Source: the human T2T-CHM13v2.0 reference genome, Homo sapiens
Reading direction: 5' to 3' (one strand)
DNA: 64,000 nucleotides
NCBI RefSeq assembly: GCF_009914755.1
Contig: NC_060937.1
This document shows positions 41,311 through 54,525 of this stretch, piece after piece. Made by a program: the position numbers and the translations under genes. A model generated the notes under the pieces. It worked only from the letters and a program-made list of their open reading frames with translations. It did no database searches and was not told the origin of the DNA. Each line of letters starts with the position of its first letter. Position 1 is the first letter of the stretch.

Positions 41311-44300
41311 ATGTCCTCAAGGACTGCAGGATTGGTATTAAATGAAATAGTACCATTTAGTACCCTGCCTGAGCGGCAAGGACACTGGAATTCCCATTTT
41401 CAGAGAGAGAAGAATCTGCAGAGCCAGCAAGGGAGGTATATTCCATCCCATCGTGCAGACTGTGCTCTGTACAACATGTTATCCAGCTAGAGCAGCATGT
41501 TTGGAATACAATCTAGATCCTTTCTCTCCAGACCATACATCCTGAAGGTAATTGAGTTTGTCAGAATGCCTTAAAAAAAAAAATCCAGTAATGCAGTATG
41601 CAGTTTGTTCCGCATCTATCCTAAGAAATCCATTTTTCTTATTCACAATCACATACAGTCCTTGTGATTTGATTGCAGTCCCCGCATGAAGGCAGAGAGA
41701 GGGAAATCAGGAGCTCGGTTTAGACATGAAATCTGAGATCTCTATTAGACACGCATGTGGAGTTGTCAAGGAGGCAACAGGTTTTGCTCATGTGGAAGGG
41801 AGGATGGACATATAAATTATATCAATTTGGGGCTGCTCGGAATAAAGTTATGTGATTGCCTGATTTCACCAAACAAATGAATGTATAAAGAGCAAAGGGA
41901 GGCCAGAGTTAATCTCTGCAGCACGTAGATATTTGGAGTTCAGCAAATAAGGAAAAAAAAAGCATGGGAGACTGAGGAAGAGTGTCCAATGAACACACAA
42001 AGCAAACTCTCATGTAAGAAATCTTCCAGACAACTTAAAGCAGCTCTCCCACAAAATGAATTGTATCTCATGTAAGTGGTGTTTACAAGTATTAATCTTA
42101 AAATTCCTTGCATGAAATGTGAAATAATTAAGACCTTCTAGAAAATTACTTTATGAGACATAAGTTGAGAACCGGTCCATGTGAATTTTAGGTGACCCTG
42201 ATATTTTTACATTTTTTACAAGATACATGCTTTGTTTTTAATGTAAAATAAGAATAATAAAAATTAGGACAAAATATTTTAAACTTTCCTGATATGAATT
42301 GGTAGCAAATAACAGATTCTTTTTGGCAGGAATGTGTATACATATATCTGTGTGTGTGCATGCACACATACACACACACACACACACATTCATTTTCTTT
42401 CTAAAACAATAAGTTCTAGCATTCTGCTGTTGATAGTACACAGCATACTAAGATTTGTAAAGTAAGATGTAGAATAAATATAGAGACATGATATATGAAA
42501 ATATGAAGACACAATTTTCCACAAAATGATATGTCAAACAGAACTTTTCATATCTCCTGGGAACCAGCGTAAACATTATATATAGACTGAAGGATAAATT
42601 ATATTGAGACAGATCTGGAAACGAAAATGACATTTGACAACTATCACGATCAAAAGTCAAAAAGAAGGAAATTAATGTTCTCTGTAGAGTTATCTCCACA
42701 GAAGTAAAAGTTTATTCAGAAAAAAATGCAGTCCATACTTATTTATCATTATTCCTATAGACTTCTGACAACTGCCTTCCAAAAATACATGATGATTGTT
42801 TTATATACATAAGTATATATTTTAAAAACATTTTTGGTAGAAAAAATACTTATAAATTTCATATCTAATATAGAAAGTAGGTTATCAATATCTCATAGCT
42901 ACTTAGATGTAAAATGTATTAAATCAGAAAAATCAGAGTCCTACCACATATAAAATCAAGATTGAAAGAATATTCTCTGCTTAAACACACATTAATATTA
43001 GAAGTATTACAGTTGAATATTTGAATTTTAGAAAATATAGGGTTATAAATTAACCTTATATTTATACTTTCATTATACGTTTTTAGCAAACAAGTATTTC
43101 ATATGATGTTGCTTTATTCATATGAGAAACTATGAATGTCAAAAATGCCCCCACTGCCCAAGTTACTATTATAGAATCTACAACAGAAACAAGAACGCTA
43201 ACTTGATATAACAGTGATTGACCACAAACTCTGTAAGAAAAGGGAATTAAATACTATTACTAGTTTAAGGTGATAAAACAGAGGTTAAACATTCTTAAGA
43301 GGTTTCTCTAAAATTTGCAATGGTTGGCACAGGTATTGTAACTAAGTTCCAAGCTCCCAAGTAAAATTATTGCCTTTATATTATGTATCTCATGATGTTT
43401 GACCGAAAACATTGCTGTACAACTTCATCAGATACTGAAGCACCACACTTAACTTTGAATGACATGTGTCTAATCTCTAAAATCAAATTTATTCCCAAAG
43501 AGCAAGATTTCTCACAAATGATACTATGTCAGCATTTATGAAAACAACTACAATAAGAGACTTGGGGTTATTTGAATGAACATAAGTATGGCAAAATAAA
43601 ATATTTATGTCCAAAGTTAAAATATGGGAAGGTCCCCAATCTTTTGACCTTATGTGTTTTGATATACTTCTTTAAAAACTGAATAGTAAAGTAAAAATGT
43701 ACAGTTGTCATTTGTATTAGTTCACATTTATTGTAGTTTCTTATACTTTCAGGAATAGAGCAGAGCATTGAATGGCATCCAAGTGGTCCATAAGTTAATT
43801 TATCTATATTAGTGTCTATCTTAAAACCAGAAAATGATTTACAGTTTGACAAGAATAAAGACCTATATGCACTCTATATATCAAGTCACTACAACTCTAA
43901 CTAAATGCGAATTCCTCATTCCTTTACAAATGTATATAGCAACTATTTTTTCTGATTATAAAGGAATATGAAAACTCCAAAATTAGAATAAACATTTTAA
44001 TTGTCAAGTATTGGAACTATAAGGACATAACCATGATTAACATTTTAGTGTGTTTGTCTTATAAAATTTATCATATGACTTTGTTCTAATTGATGTAAAA
44101 ACTCCTCATTTATTTTTGGTCATTTTTTGTTTCCTTTTGCCAATTATGTTATCTGGAAATAACATTTTTAACTGCTCAATATCAAAGTTTATTTTACTCT
44201 TTTGTTATAGTTTTTTGTTGCAGAATTGATAGGAGCTTCTGGATCATACCACAGATCTGTGGTAGACTTCATACTTTAAAATAAATTCATTTTAATTTAA

Positions 44301-44524
44301 ATGTCAATGACTGTTTGCAATAGAGGTGTTTTCCTTAATATGATCATCTCCTTGTAGCAAAAAAAGTTCTTCTTCAGAAATGGAAGTTATCTCTTCAGTA
44401 TCTCCTAAATTACCATATTTACTTAACTCTCCCTTAACCTATTAATGTAAAAAATTTATATTAATAGCTATCCTTTATCAAATTGTGTGTTAATTATATA
44501 GAATAAGCAACACCTAGTAATAGA

Positions 44525-44832
44525 TTTTTTTTTCTTTTTTCTTTTTCTTTTTTTGAGACAGAGTCTCTCTCTGTTGCCCAGGCTGGGGTGCTGTGGCACG
44601 ATCTTGGCTTATTGCAACCTCCGTCTCCCGGGTTCAGGCGATTCTCCTGCCTCAGCCTCCTGAGTAGCTAGGATTACAGGCACCCACCACCACGCCTGGC
44701 TAATTTTTGTATTTTTATTAGAGACAGGGTTTCACCATGTTGGCCAGGCTGATCTCGAACTCCTGACTTCAAGTGATCCACCTCAGCCCCCCAAAGTGCT
44801 GGGATTACACATATGAGCCACTGTGCCCGGCC
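44525..44832 (-). mobile_element. Alu (AluSx/Sz-like)
   Basis: T-tail plus Alu body; TSD aatag[a/c]ttt. Confidence 0.95.
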
Positions 44833-45114
44833 AATAGCTTTCATTATTAAATGAATTCTGGAATTATTCTATGTGCCAATATTGTGTTTAAGATCTTGCA
44901 TTCATATTGTTAAGTAAAACCAGCCTATGGCTTTCTGATTTATTTTTCTTCTTATGAATTTATCATAGTTGAATATTTCCCTAGGATACTCTTTTTCTCC
45001 AATTTATGATGGTGATTTTCTTATCTACCTAATGGAAACAGAGTTAAAGAGTGGAGTTATGGAGTGGAGAATTGTTCCTCCTTTTCCCCTCCTTTTTTCA
45101 ATTTGTTTTATAAA

Positions 45115-45880
45115 TACAGATAATTGAACACATTGTTGGAACAGGTGGCACAGAAATGAGGAGGAAAATACATGGAGCCTGCTTCAGGGATCAAACACAG
45201 TCATCACAGAAATAAACATGAAGTGTTCCCCTGGCCAGGAAGACAAAGGAGATCTCTGAGGAAGTAACAGTAGAGTTAAAATTTGAAGACAGGCTGAAGA
45301 CAGTTAAATGAACTTGGGAAACAAGGGTGTTCCTGACAGAGAAAAAAAAACACGTTTAAAATCCTAAAAGAGAGAACCAGGAAAGAACAAGAAACAAGCA
45401 AGGCCCATGTGCCTGGAATATAGTGGGGAGGGGTGGCAGTGAAATACAACTTGTCAGCATTTAGACTTAAAGGATGTTGTAGGTTATGTGTGAGTGTGAC
45501 CTTTATGTAAGGGCAATGGGAAGCTGTTGAATAGGAATTATTGGGTGATCCTCTCCAATTTGCCTTTTAAGAAGATAACTCAGTGCACAGTGGTAAATTG
45601 ACTGGAAGAACCTTCAAGGCAAGTTTAGATGCAGGGACAGTGGTTTGAATGATGCTTCAATAATTGCTTCGGAGATAAATGTTACCTTGAAATCGAGTGA
45701 TAGGTTGGGGGAGAAAAATTGTTGTGCAAGGATATACAGAGGGTATGGAGGGTTAGCAAAGGTGAATATTATTGCTCTGACTTGAATCACTAGAGAACTA
45801 TGGAACTGTTCACTGATATAGGCAGCACTGCAGGACCACCTAATTGGGTGTGGGCCATCATGAATTGAATTTTGGATGCT
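45115..45880 (-). mobile_element. L2 fragment
   Basis: ctctgaggaagtaaca, aggcccatgtgcctggaatatagtg and gggcaatgggaagctgttga. Confidence 0.6.
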
Positions 45881-46370
45881 GCAGCAGAGACTTTTGATTG
45901 GTTATCTTATGTCCTTTGTTTTACGAATAACACTTTGTTTTTGTAAAGTTGTGGCACTGTAGATAGGTAAGAACTGGATTTTCCGTATTCTCCTGCATCC
46001 AGGAGTGACTTGGTCATTTCCAGACAAGGAAACTGAAATGGAAACTTTCTGGCTTGGGCTTCTAGGAAACCTATTATTCTAAATAAGTAATGACCTTTAT
46101 TTGCACATGCATTTTGCCTTTTTCTTTTTCACTTATTCTTCCTTGAAATGAAGAGACATTCCTTAAAGAGTGGTAGCTTCTTATAACCATGGGGTGGGGG
46201 AAAGCCACACATTAAGGACAGTGCAGTGTGACTAAAAGAAGAGACTGGAGCATTAAACAATTGCTTTAGCACTGAACACATCAGCCTGGGGCTCATTATT
46301 GCCTGCAAAAAAATTACTTGTTTAACATACACTTTGTTAATTTCTGTTACATGAGACTGATAGCCATCCC
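45880..46370 (+). mobile_element. Old LTR (MLT1K/L or LTR16-like)
   Basis: tgcagcagagac start; tgggcttctaggaaac; ttataaccatgggg. Confidence 0.35.
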
Positions 46371-46855
46371 AACTCCTGTTGCCCTGTTAAGTTTGCCTCT
46401 TCCAGGTAAAAGTATTTAGGAAGAAGGTAAATATTTGGTTCTGGGATCTTAAAAGACAGATCTGGCTTAGAGACCAAAACAACAACAACAAAAACAACAA
46501 TAACAACAAAATTGAAACCTATGAATATGTGGTAAGTCAATCCCCAAATATAGATGAGACTGCAGAAGGAGACAGAAGAAGAAAGTGCAAAGTGAGAAAT
46601 GGCTATGAAGGATGATTTATTGGTTTGCAAGATTTATTGGACAGCTAGAGGAGAAATAATTTTACAGATGACAATAGACTAACAGCCAAACAATTAAGAA
46701 AAATGTCGGTAGTTCTCATTCTGCTGGCCTTTCCCTGATTGGTCTGTCAGGCATTTCTTATGCCATGCAATGCATCTGCTTAAATGTCTATGATCCCTCA
46801 TAATTTGATATTATATCATAATTTAATGAAGCTGACTGGTTTAAAGACCTCTTCA

Positions 46856-47107
46856 TTGGGAAGCCAAGGCAGGCGGATCATGAGGTCAGGAGTTCCAGAC
46901 CAGCCTGACCAACATGGTGAAACCCTGTCTCTACTAAAAATATAAAAATTAGCCAGGTGTGGTGGCACATGCCTGTAATCCCAGCTACTCAGGAAGTTGA
47001 GGCAAGAGAATCGCTTGAATCTGGGAGGCGGAGATTGCAGTGAGCCAAGATCGTGCCACTGCGCTCCAGCCTGGGCAACAGAGACTCCGTCTCAAGCAAA
47101 ACAAAAC
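46856..47107 (+). mobile_element. Alu (AluS), 5'-truncated
   Basis: Begins at ttgggaagccaagg; TSD aaa[g/a]acctcttc at a TT/AAAG endonuclease site. Confidence 0.93.
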
Positions 47108-48792
47108 AAAAACCTCTTCGCTATCTGAGGAAAGTGAACATTTTTCAGTCTGCTTTCTTAATAATTGTACTGGCTTTTTCCCTGTCCTATAACTTAAGAG
47201 TATCTTTTCTTGCATCGTGTACATTTGGCATTGTCCTCTTTACTGGAAGTGTATTAGTCACTTTCCTTTTTGGAATACTATTCATCCATCTTTTCTCAAA
47301 TCCCAGTTCCTCCATAAAACTCTCTTCAATTACTCCAACCCAGACTTCTCTCTTCTCCTAAGGCCCATGATACTAAATAGTTTCATCACACAATCAGGAG
47401 AGTTAATGATATGTGTTGTTCTCTCATGGTTTTATGAATATTTATCAGGTCTTCCAGGTAGATGTTAAGCACTCTGTCTTATATTTTTCTTTTGTATTAC
47501 TAAGAGTACTTAGCAAAATTTTACCCAAGGGAGGCTTGCTCTGCTAGGTGAGAAAAATGTTGACATAGAAATTCCCCTGTTCTCCATCTCATCAAATCTG
47601 CCCTCCCCCCATATATTCCTCTTCCCCAGATTTATTTTTCTGTGTTCTACAATGTCAAGTACTTCACTAGGAATTCTGTTTCACCTGTGTAACCCGTCTC
47701 AGAGGATGGCTATGTATGTCTCATGGCGAGATAGGAAAAATTTCACACTACTAATACTTAAACTGTGCTTAGGTGTAAGACATGACTGAAATAAATTATT
47801 TTTCCTTAACAATGAGGATTCAAACAATGCTTTTTCCAGTTCCGTAGGAACTAACCAAGTGTCAAGGTTTGTGCTAATATCGCAGCCAGCATAGGCCGGT
47901 TGGGGTGGGTGGGAATTTGCGTTACTGCACTCCTTTATCACCCGTATGACACAGTTGGATTTTGCAGGTACAAAACAGGTTAGTTGAACCTTTTGCAATG
48001 GGAACCACCACACCTGTTATACTCTAAGTCTTTGATGTTGTGCTCATCTCTGCAGTTTTTCCTGAGATGCAGTAGATTCTATGATCTTGACTAGGGGCAG
48101 ACAGCTTCAGGGATTAGCACTTGGCCTGCTTCCATACTAACTTACTCCACAGGTCAGGGAGCCAATAGGAACACACTGGATTTTAAAGTGAGCCTCCCCA
48201 GTCAGTTGCTAAGAGTATCTGTCACAATTGTACACTCCAGGGTCAGAGAAATGACAATAGGAATTGTGTGTTATCCCAATGGGCTTGCCGTAAATGAACT
48301 TTGGCCAGGGTTCAATGATATGACTGGCCTCCTCACTAGTGTATTCTATCTTGTCACAGTAAAGTGAGTGACTGCTGGGCCTTCAGGGAATGTAGTCAAG
48401 CAATGGGTTCTCTGGTCTCACATAAAATATCAAAACTAGTATCTCCTCCCGTGCCTCCTGAGCCATGCTAAATGTGCTAAAATGTGTCCAACATCCCTAC
48501 CTCATTTTCTGTAGGTTGCAGTCATGTCCAAGCTTCAAGAAAAGAAATGTAAGCAGTAGTAAAAAGTCACTTCTTATCAGGAGCTACTCCAGGTGTAATG
48601 GTCTCCAACACCTGTCTCCACCCAAATACATTCTCCTTCCAACTTTAAGTTCTGCCCTTTGCGCTTCAGCACCCGGAAGGGTGACTCCTAACTGCGTCCT
48701 CTATGTCTTGCTGGTTCATAGCAGCTCTTGCCAGAAGTTGACTGCACTTTTTCCTCTGAGTACTGAGACTGTATATCCTTGCACAGGCTAAA

Positions 48793-48982
48793 ATGTAATA
48801 CTCTCAGTCTGGAGGCGTGATTTTTCCACTCAGCAGTATCAGCACCACCTGGGAACTCAATAGAAATGCAAATTATCAGCCCACCCAAGATCTAGTGAAT
48901 CAGAAGCGCTGGAGTTAGGCTACAGAAATGATCCTAACAAATCCTCTAAGTGAGTCTGATGAAATTTAAAGTTGGATAACTG
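48793..48982. mobile_element. MER5A-like hAT MITE nested in ERVL gag
   Basis: cagcagtatcagcaccacctgggaactcaatagaaatgcaaatt...tgaatcagaa. Confidence 0.8.
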
Positions 48983-48994
48983 AGAAGTGGAGAT

Positions 48995-49199
48995 CAGTGG
49001 TCATCAAGCTATGGCCCAAGGTCAAATTTCCACCTCTTGCCTGTTTTTGTGTGGCCTTCAACCTACAAATGGATTTATTATTTTTAAATGGTGATCTGTT
49101 CAACAGTTATATAAATGCCCACATCATGCCCTTGATTCAGATCCACAAAGCCTAAAATACCTATGATTTTGCTGTTTTCAGAAAGTTTGCCAACCCCTG
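48995..49199. mobile_element. MER58-like hAT-Charlie MITE nested in ERVL gag
   Basis: cagtggtcatcaagctatggccc...cacaaagcctaaaata...aaagtttgccaacccctg. Confidence 0.8.
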
Positions 49200-49940
49200 G
49201 CCTAGTGCTAATGAGGGAAATTAGAACAGACTTTCGAAGGGAAGAACAAACATCATCTTGTGAGAAATCTGTCTCAGAAAATGTCTTTATATGGGCACCA
49301 TCAGAGGTGAGAATGGTCTTTTCTACCAAGCGAGTGGGAGCTAGGTACCCTAGGTGACAATTGGAAGCAATTGCTGAGGATTCTCAGCTTGTCCACCCAA
49401 GCAGTGTCCCCATTGCAGGTCTCATGGCCATGGGTCTGCCTTATCACAGCCCTGAATTTAGTGAAGGTACTTACCAAGGGCTGCATTTAGTCTAATTATA
49501 GCTCTGCTAACTAATTGGTCTATATGTTGGGCCTGACTTTCAGCACAATGTGCCATGGAGCTGTAGGAGATAAGGAGGCAATAAGGGTTCCTTTGGTTGT
49601 TGCATAAAGGATTCCTGACTTTTATGATGTACTTTGAATTGATAGCTACATTGAGCATGTCATTTTCTGTTGTCAAGGTGTCAAAAGCCATTTTAAAAAG
49701 CCAGTTCACTCTACTGCCTTTACACGTACCATTGCCTCCCTCAGCAACTTTATCTCTCAACCACCACGTTAGCTCATCTCAAGTCATAATGGACATGAAT
49801 CTTGCAATTGTGATGTTACTGCATTCTGGGAGATGCCCCCATTATTGTTACCACCAGCAGTGGTTCTGAAATGCTGTCAGATCAGTGAGTGATCTATTTC
49901 CAGAAATCTTCTTCCAGTCTACCTTCTAGAAGGTACCAGC

Positions 49941-50445
49941 TGTCTTATGTTTGGTTCCATTCAGGTCCAGAGCTAAGGCTGGGATTATGTGAAGATTTTA
50001 GAAAATAATCTCAAGGAACAGGAGAGTAGACTGAAAAAGTAAAATGAGGAAAGAGAAGTAGCCAAAGAAAAGAACTGTTGTTGAGCTGAATTCTGCTCTA
50101 GGCACCTAGATCTCAGACCCACAGGGATCCTCCAAGGAGCAATGTATACCCATAATTTTTCACTCTAAAAGTGGAAAAGCAGAGAATTTATACACTGATT
50201 CTTGGTCATGGAGTGTCCCAGCCAGGGGCCACAAAACTTCTAACTTCTAGGTTTGAACAAGGGTCAAAATAACTGAGACCCTCCTGCAGGTGGAGGAGCT
50301 GCAGAAGACAGCAGATGTCGTTGAGGTGGGGCCTTCCCAGGCTACAGCAGCAGAACCTGATTCCATCAGAATAGACTTATGCTTGTGACCCCAGGGCCCT
50401 CAGCAATGTCAGGAACAGGGGTAGCTAGACGGAATGTAGATGAAG
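49941..50445 (-). mobile_element. ERVL-class LTR (5' LTR of the adjacent remnant)
   Basis: tgtcttatgtttggttcc terminus directly abutting the PBS-like ggtacca; distal boundary uncertain. Confidence 0.55.
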
Positions 50446-50573
50446 GAGAAAAATCTCTGTTAAGAGATAAAGTATTTTTAGGCTCACAAAAACAGACAAA
50501 ATATTTCAGAACACTGCTGTCTTTAAATGAACCCAGTGCTACACCTACACCAATACTGTCTCATTTTCTCACC

Positions 50574-50843
50574 GGTACTGGAGTCCTGTGGCTTCTGTAA
50601 CATATTACCATGAAGTCTGTGGCTTAAATCAACAGGAATTGTTCTCTCGTCCAGAAGGCCAATCAATCTCACTGGGGCAAAATCAAGGTGAGAGACCTGA
50701 GCTCCCTCTGGAGCTCCAGGGAGATTCTGTTCCTTCATCCTTCTTCCTGGGGTGACTGCCAGCATTCCTGGGCTCCTGGCCTTATCAGTCCAGTCTTCAA
50801 GGCCAGCATCTTCAAGCCTGAGCTTTGCCTTCCCATTGATATT

Positions 50844-50887
<44 letters not shown>

Positions 50888-51087
50888 ATGAGATAGAGAG
50901 AACTTATGTCCTTCCACTTTCCTCTTCCAAGGGTACATGTGATTACATACAGTTGAACTCAGGAAAATCTCCCCATTTCAAGATCATTAGCTTAATTATA
51001 ACTACAATCACACTTTTCTCACATAAAGTAATGTTTCCAATGATTAGAACCTGATATCTATGAGAGTCATTTCTGTAGCCTACTACA
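50574..51087 (-). mobile_element. MLT1 solo LTR containing (TG)n at 50849-50886
   Basis: ctgtaacatattacca...gtggcttaaatcaacag...aaatcaaggtg...gcctactaca. Confidence 0.8.
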
Positions 51088-53131
51088 TTGTCTATTCAGA
51101 AGCAATTGCCAAGGCCTAATTTGAGATTTGAATAAAACATAGATATATTCTACTCCAAATGCCCATTCCATTATAGAAATTTAATTTAATTTTATTTTAA
51201 TATTTGTTATTCACAAGGTTTTAAAAGGAAATATATCAAAATGTTCATATTTCTAGAATTCATACTTGCCCTTTATAAAACCAACTTAGAGGATGTAAGT
51301 ATTGTTCTTAGCATGAGATGATGTTAGGTGAATAAAACTGTCATGAGATGGAAATTTCATTCCCCCATTCAATTACAAATGGCCAATTAGGGGAATAAAG
51401 AAATACTAAGAATACAAGATATGTATTGTATTTTACAGACATAGGTCTTAAAAAATATTCAACCAACTACAATAAAAAATACTCTATGATTATAGCCTAT
51501 GGTAGACTTTTTAACTTGGTAAAATTATATTAGATGGTTCACCATGAGTAGTCGCATATTCATACAGTGGAACTATTGCATAAACCTGATTGCAAAGTTA
51601 TACTCAAAAAAATGATTAAGGAATGTTTCCTAGTATTTAATGACAGAGACATTCAAAATGAACTAATACTGATAGTGATTTAATAGTTCTTATTCTTCTT
51701 TGAAAACCATTTTTAAGGAAATAAAAATTTCTGCTTAAAAAGTTATTTGTAATCAGAAGAATATTATTTTCAAATACCTATTTCTCTGTTATACTTAAAT
51801 TGCATATGATATATTTTGCCAATGTGTTTTTTTATGAAGGTACCTTTTATCTGCACATAGATAATATTAGGTATCACCGTGATTGTGATGGCAGGGTTAC
51901 TTTTTTAGTGAAAAGTATGCAAAAATTCACATAAATTGTTAGCACTTAAGTTGCACTTGTCTTAAATTGTCAGTGTTCAGATTCTTACAGATTTTTCCAA
52001 GCATTATACTCCCTTTATTTTCTACATATTATAAATTTATTTATTTTCTTCATCCTACGGTCTATATTATACTATGAACTTAGTGCAAAAGACAGTAAAA
52101 TTAAAGATATTTGATTTGAACCATGAAGATAATTACACATTTAAATTCAAATTATAAATTAATAAGAACAAATTTCAAGTTAAATATTTAAAAAACAGTC
52201 TTTAAATTATTTTAAAATATACATTGAAAAGTCCTGAAGACAATAATAAATATTTAATGCAAATATTTCCCATATTTGGTTCAGTTGTAACTATAACTGC
52301 ACAGCCTAGTTCTGTGTTTATTAGTTTAAAAGATAGTGTAGAGTAGTAATTAAAGAGTACTTATGAGGCCTGAATAATTGAACATCCAGCTGTTGAGTCT
52401 GGTGTTTGATATGGGTATAGGGAAAGGGGAGATAGTGTTGTTGCAATATTACAAAGGACCATCTCCAGATGGTGGGAAGGCAGCCTCCGCCCTTTGGGCA
52501 TTTCCAGGACATCTGGCTTGCCATATGAATCCAGACAAGATTAAGGGAAAGATGTAAAATTCTTGAATACTAAGGATTTCTGATCAAGTCAAGACTTCCA
52601 TATTAAACTCCAACGTTGGCTAGCATTTAAACAAAGATGGTCTCCCCTGTTGACATGGAGAATATTGTTTATTACAAACCAGGGGCTCTTTGAAGGCAGA
52701 AATGGATCTTATTTTATAATTTATCATTAGCTCTGGAGCCAACACATATAATAATGTATTGTGGTAATTTATCCTATTATATTTAGCTTATTTAGAATGA
52801 GCAACATACTGCCCGGCACAGAGAAAATATCCTATAATTTCATTCCAATCAACTATTTATAATTTCAGGTATGTTTTCTTGCTAAGGCTAGTCCCACATA
52901 GCCATCTATTTGTTTACCCAAGAAAAAGGCAACAAATAAGAGATACCTGAGTACCTGAGAAAAAGAGATTGTTTGCATCGGACAGAAAGAAAAACGTCCA
53001 GGCTAAAACAAAAATAATGAAAATAATGAAGGGAAATTCTGCCTACGTTACTCTTTACAGTTGATGTAACTCAAGTTACTGATGTAACTCAAGTTAATTG
53101 TACCCCAAAGTAATTTCAAATCTAGGGAACT

Positions 53132-53271
53132 GGCCTGGCACAGTGGCTCACACCTATAATCGCAGCACTTTGGGAGGCTGAGGGAGGAGCATCACTTGAG
53201 CCTAGGAGCTCAAGACCTGTGCAACATAGCAAGACCCCATCCCTGTTTTTGAACCTAATCAATCAATCAAT
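53132..53271 (+). mobile_element. Alu monomer (FLAM-like)
   Basis: Left-monomer sequence only, (AATC)n tail, TSD core aaatctagg. Confidence 0.85.
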
Positions 53272-53899
53272 AGAAATCTAGGAAGGTCAAATAGGCTCCT
53301 AATTTTTTAGACTCTTTTTGTTTTATATTCACCCAGGTAAACAGCAGTGATATCATTCCAGGAGAAGAAAGCAGATAGTGGAGGGAGCACAGGACTTGAA
53401 ATGGAAGACAGATTTCAAGCCAGCAATTCCACTTGAGAGCTGTGGAATTAACTGCACTTCAGTCTCTCTAAAGACTATAAGCCTGTGGGCACTGTACTTT
53501 TCTCAGCCTCAGTTTGATTTTGTTGTCTTTTGTTTGTGAGTTTATTGTTATTATAATCAAATGCATCTCATAGCAATCCTGGGAGAAATATATTCGAAAG
53601 CAGTTTAAAGCGCAAAATGCAAAATGAAAGTTAGTTATTATTGATAGCAGTAAGTAGAAAGTGAAGCTGGAGTTCGAGAGAGGAAATTGTCATATCTGTG
53701 GAGTAGATATCTTTGTTACCGTTTTGTTCAAATGAGGAAAACAGGTTTTAGAGAGGTTAAAGGTTATGCATTTAATTAGAAAACATGCAAATATCAGTAA
53801 AAGTCACCTTCATTCATTTGGCTGCTCCAATCAAAAGACATGGACTCAACCTTGACTCTTATATACATATATGAATATATTTAGTTTTTTATATATATA

Positions 53900-54525
53900 A
53901 ACAAAATTTAATCCAAATCTTATAAGCTGTATCGTCAAAATATATCACACATTAACTCCCTCGCATCACCCCCATCTGCCTTATGCCCAAACCATCATTG
54001 CCTTGTTCCCTGCAGCAGCCAAAGGGATTTTTTAAAATAAAACTGACAGCCTTGCAACCCTACTTGAAATTTCCAATGACTTCATCTTACACTGAGCAAA
54101 AAACGTCGATCTTAATTTTGTCCTAAAGGATTGAAAGCAAGTCTCCTCACTAACTCTCTTGTCCCTGCCCCTGATTCCCACCACTTCAGCCTCACTGGTT
54201 TCCTTGTACTGTGGACATGGCATTCTAAACTGGTCTAAAAATAATCTTTTAATTAAACTTGAGCATCCCACTAAAGACAAAGCATACACTTCTGCTTTCT
54301 ATATTTTTATTATTTTACTCTTCTTTTTCCCCTTAATAGTGCTTTTTGCTATCTGACAATGCATTCTAATCTAATGTATGTCATTGCTAGTTCTTTCTTC
54401 CTCCCACTAGATTGTAAATACCCAGGAACAAGGAACAATTTAATCTTGGCTGGTTTTCCAGAACCTTGGAGAGCACCTACCTCATAGTAGGTATATTGGG
54501 TAAACATTCATTGAATGAACAAATT
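53900..54525 (+). mobile_element. L2 3' portion
   Basis: ttccaatgacttcatctt, cccactagattgtaa and the terminal attcattgaatgaac. Confidence 0.65.

Larger units (their letters stand above)
47700..49940 (-). mobile_element. Decayed ERVL internal region (PBS remnant, gag, pro/pol fragments)
   Basis: Minus-strand translations resemble HERV-L: gag VNWLFKMAFDTLTTENDML, LISYSSMAHCAESQAQ, KFRAVI..CNGD, FLEAW, IFYVRPE; pro/RT PIGSLTCGV, ISTNLDTWLVPTELEKALF; TGGTACC next to the LTR. Confidence 0.8.

Noticed and set aside
48665-48681. REST/RE1 site (TTCAGCACC)
   Set aside because: Only the left half-site matches; the spacing and right half are wrong
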